Below are positions 28,411 to 39,029 of a stretch of DNA of 64,000 nt, one piece after another. Numbering within the stretch: position 1 is the stretch's first letter; every line of letters begins with the position of its first letter. The notes under the pieces are model-generated. The model saw only the letters and a list, made by a program, of their open reading frames with translations, was not told the origin of the DNA and ran no database searches. Source of the DNA: Guillardia theta CCMP2712 (taxonomy: Eukaryota; Protista; Cryptophyta); NCBI RefSeq assembly GCF_000315625.1, contig NW_005434531.1:12933-76932 (forward strand). Direction: 5' to 3'. Made by a program: the position numbers and the translations under genes.

Positions 28411-30830
28411 ATGACTTGTGCGAGAGGCCGGCTTGGGGCCGGCAAACGGTCGGGGTCAACAGGATGGAAGACGCTGCGCACAGTGCTGATTGTGCTTCAT
28501 GCGGTGAGTTCATATGATCTACAGTCAATGATGCCGCTCTGTACCAGTGTGAGGAGGACAAGAGATGGAGTGAACGGATGCAAACGAATCAGCTGAAATT
28601 AGTTGCAGGTCTGCTTGTCGGTGGATGCTGGCTTGATTCTGCCCGAGAACCAAGAGGTGATCAACTACATTGCATGCGTGTGATGTTTCCTCATCTCTTG
28701 TACATTCAGCCTGCGAAATTGAGCTCTTCCCGTCCGAGATCAAACCCCTCCAAACTGGAACTGTCTGTACCTGAACAAGACAGTAGTTATTCGAACCTTG
28801 GGTGCAGGACAAACAGCCAGTCAGATTTGAATGCTGACAAGGATGATGGCATGAATAGTAGAAGGCCTTCCTCTGTACAATCTTCATCTCGCGCGCGAAG
28901 TTCGAAGATTGAAGATGAGAACGCAAACTGGAATTTCATCATCAACCAAGGAAAAATCATCGGTGAACAATTCTAGGTGGGTGAAACATTGTGAAGGAGT
29001 CTTTACAGGGAATGGAACATTTGGTGTTGTCTATGAAGCAGTCTTGGAAGAGACTGGCGAGAAAGTTGCTGTAAAGAGAGTGAGGCAAGATCCAAGATTC
29101 CGAAATCGAGGTCGAACAATTGAATGTGGATTATTCTTGTGGAATGTTTGACTCATTATCGCAGAGCTGGCAATCATGAGATTACTGAATCATCCAAATA
29201 TTGTGCCACTCAAGCACTACGGATTCTCTTCTGTGGCTGCTAGGTGAGCTCTATTGCTCTTCATTCGTTGCTGGACCTACATCGAGGCTTTCATACTTAT
29301 GTTTTGCGACAGTCCGGGGAAGATTTATCTGAATCTTGTGATGGAATTCCTTCCGGCAAATCTCCATCGGCTCATCAAGGTTAAGAGTCTTGCATACTGG
29401 CATGCTCCTGCGTCTGAGGAGTTTTACAGTATCATGCAAGGAGACAGGAGTCGATGTCGTTGCTGTCAGCCAAGGTTGAATACAGCAGGGAACCGATCAT
29501 GAGCTATCTGGACTGAGCCTCTTTGACAGGTCTATAGCTGGCAAATTTTAAGGGCCCTTGCTTATCTACATAGAAGAAATATTTGTCACAGGTCATTTGT
29601 TTCTCCTTTGCCAACTTCATCTGAATCATCCTTGAACAGAGACATCAAACCTCAAAATGTTTTGATTGACCCAGAGACACACAAAGTATTCTCGCCATTT
29701 CAACAATTATTGAATCTCAAAGCTTCGGTCTAACAGGCTAAGTTGTGCGACTTTGGAAGCTCGAAGCGACTTCAGAGCGGCACAACGTCGATCGCATACA
29801 TCTGTTCGCGATTCTACAGGTGATGATCCTTGAGCTCCTCCCTGCGATGACACCTGCCGAAAGGTCTCCAGAGCTGATCATGGGGGCGACGGAGTACAGC
29901 ACGTCCATCGACATGTGGTCCTTCGGGTGATGCACTTGTGACCCTTTGTGCTCGACGGTTGACAGGAGGTGCAGATGTGTGCTCGGAGAGATGCTGATAG
30001 GTCGACCTCTCTTCCCAGCTGAGAGCCAGGAGCAGGTCGGTGCTGGAGCTCAGCTTGCCACAGTTTGACGCGTGTTGGCAGCAATTGAAATCGATCGCAC
30101 AAGTGATTGGAGTGCCCGACGGCTCCATGCTCAAGAGCATGAAGGTGAAATAGAAGCAGTAAGCCGAGCAAGGTCTGAGGATAAATGCAGGTGAACATGA
30201 CCGAGGCAAACATGGAGAAGCTGCACAACAAGTCCGTCAAGGTGAGAGGATGGTGTCTGAGGATGCGGGATGTGACAAGGAACGAAGGTCCAAGGATGGG
30301 AGATCTTGCGCTCAACGAAAACTCCATTAGAGGCCGCGGACCTTCTTTCGCAGGCACTTGGACTCGTCGCATCCTGTTCTTGTCTGATCAGCCCGCAGCT
30401 GCTCGTCTACAAGCCGGAGAAGCGTTTGAATCCCTTGCAGTGTCTTGCTCACTCCTTCTTCGACGTCCTCCGATCCCCCGACACTTGGTCTCTCCTCCTA
30501 CCTCTTCTCGCTCCGACTGATGCCTCGTGTCCAGCTTACCAGGAAAGCGAAGTCTTCCCTCGCTCTTCGACTTCACTACTGAAGAAATCCTATGGGCGAG
30601 GTGAGCTGGGCCGGCCCGCTCTGTCTCGTTCCCTTATCGCTTGATCAGAGAGCTCAATCTCCTCCATCGCATTGTCCCCGCCCATGCTCGTGGAGAGCTG
30701 AACTTCCAAGGGACTCCGGTGTGGAAACCGAGCCTCCTGTCCCTTTTTCCTACCGTGACTCTGGGGCAGGTGACTTCTCCTAACCCCACTCCTCTGCCTT
30801 CAAGGGGCCCATCGCCAGGATGAAAATCTG
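28411..30830 (+). CDS. GSK3: GSK3/shaggy-like Ser/Thr kinase, multi-exon; start approximate
   Basis: IIG|[116 protein letters not shown]. Confidence 0.92.
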
Positions 30831-30927
30831 ATCGCCGCGGGGACTCTGACGAATGCGGCCGAAACTGTTGTGTATATCAGTGTTTATTTTGTGTAACATG
30901 CTGCAGTAAGATTGAATCGATAATGTC

Positions 30928-31120
30928 TTGACTACGCACCGAAGTGCTTTGTGCAGCTTTGGGTCGCGATGTATCACACCCGGTGTTGCACTGCCAGTTA
31001 TGCGTTTGGCCTGCCTCAGGCGGGGCGGGCACGACTCACCTATTGCTCGAGTGGCATTTGAAGTCTGCCTCAGATCTTTAGATATTGGGATCAGGCAGGG
31101 CAGCAATAGCACATAAGCGC
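30928..31120 (-). ncRNA. Candidate structured non-coding RNA or transposon end; family and strand not established
   Basis: Nested complementary segments throughout ~190 nt and a terminal GCAC-TTCG-GTGC hairpin on the minus strand; intergenic; no convincing ORF. Confidence 0.35.
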
Positions 31121-32174
31121 TTTTAAATATTTTTTAAAAAAATTAATATCCCGAAGGTCATACTGGTCGCTAGAAATAGGTACACTACTAATCGTTTTAT
31201 ATTTGTTAAATTCTACCAGAAAAATACAAAAATAAAAAAGTTTTTTTTAATTATTAGCCGTTCATCTCATTGCTGTAGGATGATCAACAGTACTACCGGG
31301 TTGTTCTACAGACAGACTGATCCTAATTAAAAATACTTAAAATGATATTAATTATTTATTTATACCTCTTCTTGGTACAAAGAAAATTTATATATATATT
31401 CATTTATAAACCAATTTTTATAAGTTGTTGTACAGGAGGAGCTGACACCTACAAGTACAAGCGGGTGGGTGGAGGGTCCTTATCTTTGGGTGAGAGGGGG
31501 GTAGTCTCAGTAGATATGTTGGGTGGGGGGTCAGAATTCAGGGGTGGGGTAGTTCCCACAGCAGGTGAGGGCTGGTGGAATGCAGCAAGCGAAGCAGGGA
31601 AATGGACGAGGGGCAGGAAAGCCGAGAAATGAAGAGGAGAATGAAGAAAAGAAAAAAAGTATGCAGAGAGAGAGAGAGAGAGAGTTTTATGTGGTCGCAT
31701 TGGTATGCAAGGTTGAAGGGGAGAAGGACTGGGACGAGATGAGGAAGGAGAAATATTCATAGCGAGATAGCACAATGTACATGCCAGTAGAGGACGAATG
31801 AACAGACAAGGGATGTATGAGAGGTAAAATTTTGTATGTCTGTTCAAGGAGGGAAGGGTTCTGGAGCTAGAGAAAGGAGGGGGAGAGAATAATGGTGCGA
31901 CAGAGGGGGTCGAGACCAGAAGCAGGGTGCACAGAGGTTTAGGATTTCATAGGCGGATCCGAAGCGCAGGAGGCTGAGATGTTTGTTTCCAAAGACTCGG
32001 ATGAAAATTTTGAAGTAGACACGATGTAGAGACTACTTTGTAAACAGATGTGGATTGGGACTACATTCCTCGCTCTAATCTCTGAATGTCCGCAGCGATG
32101 ATCGAGTGCCGGGAGTGAGCATGTGAAAAGGCCCCGCACAAACAGAGTTGGGCAGGCTCCCCTACGCCCACAAT

Positions 32175-35100
32175 GCCGTGGTCCCAAGGGAATCCTCTGT
32201 GGAACGATCCTGGAAGTCCGTGGCGAGATTCTGAGCTGAATGCTGCCAGCGGGACCGTCCCAGGGCTCTTGCAAGAAGAGGGGACGGACTCTGGAGCTGC
32301 GGACTTGGATTCGAGTGAATTCACGCAGAGAGCTATGTCAAATGACCCGTTTCAAGTGAGCTCGAGGGGACTTGACCTCTCTTGGGGTCAGCTTCTGCCG
32401 TCACAGCCATCTCTCTCACTTCACCAGTAAGCAATCTCTTTCACATTTTGAACCAAGAGCGATGGAACTTATCGTCTTTGCTCTTCAGGCTGGGGGGTCT
32501 GGGCAACGCAGGTGGTCCTCTTGTTTATGGTTCCTTCGGAGTCAGTCAAGATGATAAAGAGGTTTCACGATTCCAAGCTTGTCTTCATGATCTGAATCGC
32601 GATGCAGACGTCGTCGTTGATACACATTCTGGGCAGTGACCTTTTTCACGGAGCTTTGGATGAAGATATTGGTTAAATCTTTGTGTATACTTCTGTAATT
32701 CTGAGCATGAATCTTGCAGAGGGCAAGTCTCCAAGTTTGGATGAGATGAATGACATCAACTCTGGAACTATTGCCTTGTCAGGCACGACGTTGACGAATG
32801 CCAAGTTGAAAGACCTGAATGGATTGCCGCATGTTCCACTACCTCAAAAGCTTCTCAATCCTAACGTGAAGGACGACTCTCGAACATCTGCGTCGAAATC
32901 GGAGAGTCTCAAGATTCCCGTGTCAACTCAAGTGCGCAATGACGTGCAAGCCACAGACATCTTTGGGAAATTTGACCGGGGAATCTTTCAAGTCAATGAA
33001 TCAATGCTTTCGGGGATGAGCGAACTTCCGAATGGTGATGTTGTATCAGAGGGCTATGTGGTGTGCGGGGACGTGAATCGGGGTCTGGGCAGCTCTGACA
33101 AAGACTCTCTGGCTGTATTAAATGGCAAACTGTTGGAGAAGGAGCCTCGTATGTTAGACCACAAACCAGGGCCGCGTCAAAACGATCGTAAACATATCTC
33201 TGCAAAGGAAGGCCGCCACAATCGAGTTGATGATGCCTCAAAAGAGTTCAAGGAGAAGGGCACGGATTCGAATCAAATCGAGATTGCCAAGGATCCAAGT
33301 GTTGACAGCAAAACTGCAGATACTGAAGCTGGCACCAGTCAACCTGCTGAAGTGGATCCTCCTGTCGCTGGGATTGAAGATTCCAACTTGCAATGTCTGA
33401 ATGAGAAGCAACAAGACAAGTCTGACGCAAGCAGCGTGATCGAAACTATCTCCAACCCTGCGGATGACGAGCAAGGATTTAATGAATTTTCGAGTGTGAA
33501 AGGAATTTCTAAGAAGAAACGACTAAAACCAAGTAAGGAGCATTTACTTTGTTTCAAGTTTCTGACTATGACAGGAAAACAAAAAGAAGACCCCGGTTTT
33601 ACACCAGCTTCGGAGGGAGCAAGCGTCGATGACGCTGCAGACAGCCTGCCCCCTACTTGGTCTAAACAGCAGGGCACAGTGCTGCAGTCGGAAGAACAAG
33701 CGCACACCTTTACAGAACATCCTACTTCCACTTCTATTCCCAAGATTGTCAAGCACCAAGAATCTCGTGCACATGCCAAGGATGTAAAAGATGGAAAGGA
33801 TCTCAAGGTATGCAACGGATTTTGAAATAGAAACTTTCGAGCAGTTGAAAGTTGTACCAGGGACAGAGAGTGGTTCAAAGTTCTTGTCCCAGCGTAAAAA
33901 AACAGAAAGCTTCAGTCCATAAGAAACAACATCACCAACCGCAACAGCAAGTATGATGAGGATGATGTGAAAAGATATTTTCTCTGACCACTCGTTGCTT
34001 TGCACAGAAAAAGACCAAAGTAGTTGTTAGCTCGGATGAAGAAGAAGAAATTGCACCTTCGGGTTTGAATCAATTTAGGCAAAACTTCCTTTCGTGGCTT
34101 GCAGCTTTGTTCAAGCCAGGGTACAGGTCTTTTTGACTGTGTGTGCCATCATTATGGTAATTGAATACCAGGCGAAGGAATAAGGCTCGAAATACAAAAC
34201 GACTTAACATTTTTGGATTTAGCAAATATTGGAATATTCTCGAAATAGTAGTCATGGTATGCAATGTGATCTTGCGGCATGAGATGGACTGACGCGGATT
34301 AGATCCCTCTGATCCTCATTGCTTGGAGCGTTCTCGTCCGGCTACACAACTATGAGAGGGATTCAGAATGCCATGGAGTCAGAGAAATCGTACGGTTGGA
34401 ATGTGTCAGAAAAGTTGGAGTGGATTGCCGGTGTCGATCGTTGTGATTCGTTTTTATAGTATCTGAATTGTGTGCTCAGAATTCTTGCGACGTACGTGAG
34501 AACCTTCTGCTACATAGCCGAAGTTCTGCCTGGTCACGTCACCTTTCGCTTTCTGTGGAACTTTGTTTGGTCCTCCAATTCAAGTCGGACTACGAAACCT
34601 TCGGCCGTGCAGCCCAGAAGCTCGTGGTGGAGCGATCCTTTCTACGTGAGTGACTTTGCACTTGGCCTTGCCTCCCGGCTGATTGTCTCCTCCCAGTGGT
34701 CTCGGTCTCGAGCTCCGCCTGACACCCCCATGGTCAGCTGTCGGCTCCTCCCTCTTCAGCACTTCTGTGTAGTGGGGGGGCATGGCCACTATGAGCGACT
34801 TCGCTGGCACCTAGACACTGTGAGTTTGAAGCCAGTGAGTAGCAGAGAATGGCTCCGTTGACTGCTCGTGAAGGTGTTGGAGATCCTGCAGCTAGAACGG
34901 TCAGGTGGTTCCTATTCCAAAGACAAACGCTGCTCTGGAGAAGAGTGAGCCTCTCCTTCCTTCCCCTCTTGCCTGTTGACCAGCATGGCAGGTGTGACTC
35001 CTTGCTCTCGAGCCGTTGGAGTCTCGGGGTGAAGAGGTACCAGGAATCTTACAGCTTCGTCTGCGTACAGCAGTTCGGAGAAGGAGCCGAGTTCGACGGG

Positions 35101-35539
35101 GAGATGTGTGCATGCCGAAAGGGATACGTAAGACCAGCAGATGGGAGGGGAAGGCTGAGGTGCAGGAGGGCTCACTGAGAAGGCAGGTCGTCCTTGGAGG
35201 AATGTGCCGCAAGGTTAAGCGCTGCGATGACAGCGAGAGCGGGAGAAGTGCGAACAACGGGAAGTTAGCGATCGAGGGCTCTAAGCGAGACAAGAAGCGA
35301 ATCTCGTCAACGAACCAGGGCAAATGCAACTCGAAGACAAAGAAGAAGAGCGGGAAGAGCAGGAGGATGAAGGAGCTCCGAAGAAACAGCGTCGTGCTTT
35401 AGAGGAGCGTGAGGAAGAGGCAGCGAGGGGAGGGATGGGACGGATGTTTCAATCCATGTTGCGATCTTTCAACTTAAACTTGGATGCTTCCGCGATGCGA
35501 GCACGAGCAGAACCTATTTACAGACAGCAGAATCCTTGA
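32175..35539 (+). CDS. Hypothetical membrane protein: long disordered N-region, TM segment, Cys-rich (EGF-like) segment; multi-exon
   Basis: Exons join in frame: 380-aa ORF 32683-33825, KKTKVVVSSDEEEE..., WNILEIVVM|IPLILIAWSVLVRL (TM), CVQQFGEGAEFDGEMCACRKGY|VVLGGMC. Confidence 0.6.
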
Positions 35540-35587
35540 AGCGATACCATGGCCTCAGCTTCAGCTTGGGCTCAGCACCCGCCCTTG

Positions 35588-36670
35588 TCACTCGAACGGG
35601 TTTGTCTGCGTGTCCCACGCCCTCCTGGCGTTTTCAATGATTCGCTCCTCCTCCTCGTACACCGGGGCCTTCTTTTCTTCCTGATCGATGCGCTCGAGCT
35701 GCTCGGCGCTGAACTCAGTGGGAGTCTCGCTCTTGAAGAGGTCGAAGCGGATCCTGTACAGGTCCATGTTGTGATCGATCTCCACCACCTTCCCCTCGTT
35801 CCCGCTGAATGCTCCTCCCTTCACTCGCACCCTCGTCCCGACCTCGAACGCCACAGGAACCTTGGACGTCTCCATCATCCCAAGTCGCTCGAAGATCCTC
35901 CGCTCCTCATCTCGCGTCAGGGGCGTTGGAACCACATGGCCCCTCCCCGCAGCGATGCCTCCTCCAGCGTTCTTCCTCGCGCGGTCATGCCCCACGAAGT
36001 TGAGGACGTGGTTGGAGTTCTTGATCATGAACCACGTGTCCTTGTCCATGCGCATACGCACGAGGACATAGCCAGCAAAGAGCTTCTCCTGCTTCTCTAC
36101 CGGCTTGTTGCCCAGCCCCAGCTTGGTGACCTTTGTGCATGGAACGAGAACCTCGACTACCGTCTTCTGCAGGCGGCGGCTATTTGCAACCTTAGCCATG
36201 ATAGTGGCCTTGACGCTGTCCTCTAGGCCAGGATTACACTGGACGATGTACCAGCGAGGAGGAGGAAGAGTTGACTCGTCCAGGTCATCATCGATACCCT
36301 CGAGCTCTCCTTCCTCCGGACCATATCGGACCCAGTCCGCGCCCAACTGCTCGAGTCCCTTCCAATCGACGTCTGATTTCTTCTGCCCCTTAGCACGTTG
36401 TCCTATTCCTGGCACAGGCTCGGAGGCATCCTGCATCGACAGGGAGCGAAAGCTGGCTCGTCCTCGTGAGGAGCCGGCGAAGCGACCACAGCATGCCTGA
36501 CGGGAGGCGGTGGAAGCAGGACAGAACGAAGAGTGGGAGTAGCCACAAGTGGAGGGGAAGGAGGGAGAAGGGGAGAAGGAGGAAGAGGAGGAGAGGGAAA
36601 GGAGATGCGAGATGGGGGAGAACGCCAAGGTCACGTCCAAGAGCCCCAACACTATCAGAATGCGGGGCAT
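35588..36670 (-). CDS. nusG: Plastid-targeted transcription elongation factor NusG, intronless
   Basis: RWYIVQCNPGLEDSVK, EKLFAGYVLVRMRM, HVLNFVG...GRGHVVPTPL (NGN domain), FEVGTRVRVKGGAFSGNEGKVVEID (KOW); leader MPRILIVLGLLDVTLA|FSP plus a Ser-rich transit peptide. Confidence 0.93.
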   Translation of the reverse strand: MPRILIVLGLLDVTLAFSPISHLLSLSSSSSFSPSPSFPSTCGYSHSSFCPASTASRQACCGRFAGSSRGRASFRSLSMQDASEPVPGIGQRAKGQKKSDVDWKGLEQLGADWVRYGPEEGELEGIDDDLDESTLPPPRWYIVQCNPGLEDSVKATIMAKVANSRRLQKTVVEVLVPCTKVTKLGLGNKPVEKQEKLFAGYVLVRMRMDKDTWFMIKNSNHVLNFVGHDRARKNAGGGIAAGRGHVVPTPLTRDEERRIFERLGMMETSKVPVAFEVGTRVRVKGGAFSGNEGKVVEIDHNMDLYRIRFDLFKSETPTEFSAEQLERIDQEEKKAPVYEEEERIIENARRAWDTQTNPFE

Positions 36671-37249
36671 GGCCGACAGACTGAAGTTCGTCACAGGGGG
36701 TGGGGGTTATGTTGGGCAGTGGGTTCAAACTCTCTTAAAGAGGGTAGTATTATGGATGAAGATAGGGTGGGTGCTTGTTGTAGACGCAAGCACAGGGGTG
36801 GGGTACGGTGGGGGGCCACATGTGAAACTCTCGAGGTTTTCAAATCCGACTGCAAAATTACTTCTCTTTGCACCCAAATGACTTGAACTTCCCATCAAAA
36901 TTTCAAAATTTGACATAGATAGTGGGAAGATTTGAGGTGTCGGATGATGTACCCACATCCCCTCATCAACCCGTTGCAGTTCCCGCGCTTTTGCCATTGC
37001 CATGGGAGAGAGTGGGAGGGGAGGAGGAGGAGGAGGAGGAGGGAGGAGGGAGGAGAAGAACGAGGGAGAAGTTCAGGGATAGGGACAGAGAAGAAGAAGA
37101 GTATGCAAGAGCTTGGAGGAGCGAGGCATGAAATCAGCGCAAGTAGGAGGATGAACTGCGAGATATGCGATTACTTCGGAACAAACCTTTGAGAAACGAT
37201 TTTAGAGGTTGCTACTCATTTCAATGCAACCTGACGCTTTCTTCTCCTG

Positions 37250-38943
37250 CAGAGAACATCCGATGGTACAAAAGACAAAGAAACCATTTGTGAACGAAAT
37301 GCCGCTGCCCAGGAGGTCAAAACCAGATTGGGATGTAATGATACGTCTGTCCTGTACCCCTGTTGTTTGACCTTGCATCTTGACACACAGAACTCGAACA
37401 ACAACCTCAAAGTTTACAAACTTTCGAAAGATGATCTCGATCACAAGCTGAAGTCGAGGAAGCACAAACCTCTGCAAGATTACACCAACCTCAATCTGGT
37501 AAGTAGAAGCATCCTCCCTCTACAGCGTTCTCAAGCCTCTTGTGCAGACGAGGAGAAGACGACCGGATGGCTCGGAGTACGTGGTTGGCAGATACACACC
37601 TTCAGTCGTAGACCCGAGGAAGTCGTTGCTACGATCGAGGTGGGAAGGGGGGGAGGGGAGGGGAGCGAGCGACTGGGATATAATCTCAGACCTGACGCTC
37701 TCAGCAGGCCGAAATCTGCTGAAGAGAGCAGCCGGGCGAGTGAATTCAGTCTTCCTCATGAAAGGTCTGGTTCCAGCCAAGAGAAGTCGTTCGAGCAGGA
37801 GGCGGATTCTCAAACTGCAGTGTCTTGTGAAAAGACAGATCCCAAGTATTCCATGTACAGGATTCCGTCTAGTTTTCATTTCACACACGCGACTGGGCTT
37901 GTTGAGACTTGTGTGGTTTCTAGTTCAAGTGATGTGGAGCAGATGGTAGAGTTGCAGGACACTGAGATTAACATGGAGGAATCTAGTGACTCTGGAGTGT
38001 TGGAGAATAGTTCATCTCCGGAGGAGACGAAACAGAGGGAGGTGGAATCTGAAAGGCAGGAGTTCACTGGCGCTGGCTCCAATGACACAAACAACAAAAC
38101 TGCCACAAGGCGAGCATGGAGTCTTTCCGATTCGACCAAGAAGATCAAGGGAGGAGCCTTGAGAGTAGAAGCTGATTCACCTCTTAGTGGTCAGCGGGTT
38201 ACCCAACGACTTCATTTTCCAACTCAATCAAGCAAGAGGGAGAAGGCCAACGAGAACGATTTGGATCACTTGGAACAAGCCTGCGAGGAATTGAGGACCA
38301 AAGTTGTCAAGTACGAGTACTTGACTGGAAGGTGTGAGCACCTTTGTCCTTGTCCATTCATGAAAGAGCTCCTGTAGGTTGGAGGTCGCTCAACCTCTTG
38401 AAAGGAGGTCTGAGATACAAGGATCATACACGGAGTTCCTGTTGAGGGCCAGCTCCAGGCTCGTTGAGTACTTGAGTAAGGAGACGCTAAAGTCATTGTA
38501 CGAGAATCTGACGTATTTCAAGTGGAAGCAGACAAGCGCAATTCTACCCAGGAGAAGAAGGTAGAACAACTGGAACAAGAATGCAGCATTCTGAGGGGAG
38601 AGGTGATTGATAGAGCCTCGTTTGGTTGCTACATGCACTGAACTCAGAATTCCAGAGTGTGGAGCTCAAGATAGAGATGGACAAAGTGAAGGAAGAGAGT
38701 AACAATCGCGTGAACTGCTTGCAGAATGAAATGCAGACACAACTATCCGAGCTCAAGGAGGAAAACTCCAAGTTGCAAGAGCAGGTAAAAAAAGCTGAGC
38801 CTCTGACATCTTGATGCTTCTGAGCACCGCTACAGGTTCGGATGCTGCTCGACAACATCGAATTCCAAGGGATCCAACACTTGCTGGATAGGAATCTCAA
38901 GTCGATTGGTGGTTCTCGTGTGACTTCAGCTCGTTCCCATTAG
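37250..38943 (+). CDS. Hypothetical protein with C-terminal coiled coil, multi-exon; start unresolved
   Basis: 349-aa ORF plus GT/AG-bounded exons such as NSEFQSVELKIEMDKVKEESNNRVNCLQNEMQTQLSELKEENSKLQEQ. Confidence 0.55.
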
Positions 38944-39029
38944 CCAACAGCAGAGTGGCAGTGAGAGTTTTGTGAGGACTTACATGTTTGATATGTCTAT
39001 TCCTGGATACCCTCCTCGGTATTCCACTC

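Noticed and set aside
30846-30865. CTGACGA...GAAAC resembling a hammerhead ribozyme core
   Set aside because: No stem II between the core motifs and no stem I/III partners with an NUH cleavage site nearby.
30925-30950. Helitron 3' end (hairpin + CTRR)
   Set aside because: The minus-strand end reads GTAG/TCAA, not CTRR, the hairpin spacing is atypical and no 5' TC boundary could be identified.
31278-31323. C/D-box snoRNA (GGA-TGATCA...CTGA-TCC)
   Set aside because: Box C is mismatched and the span is only 46 nt; no rRNA complement was recognised.
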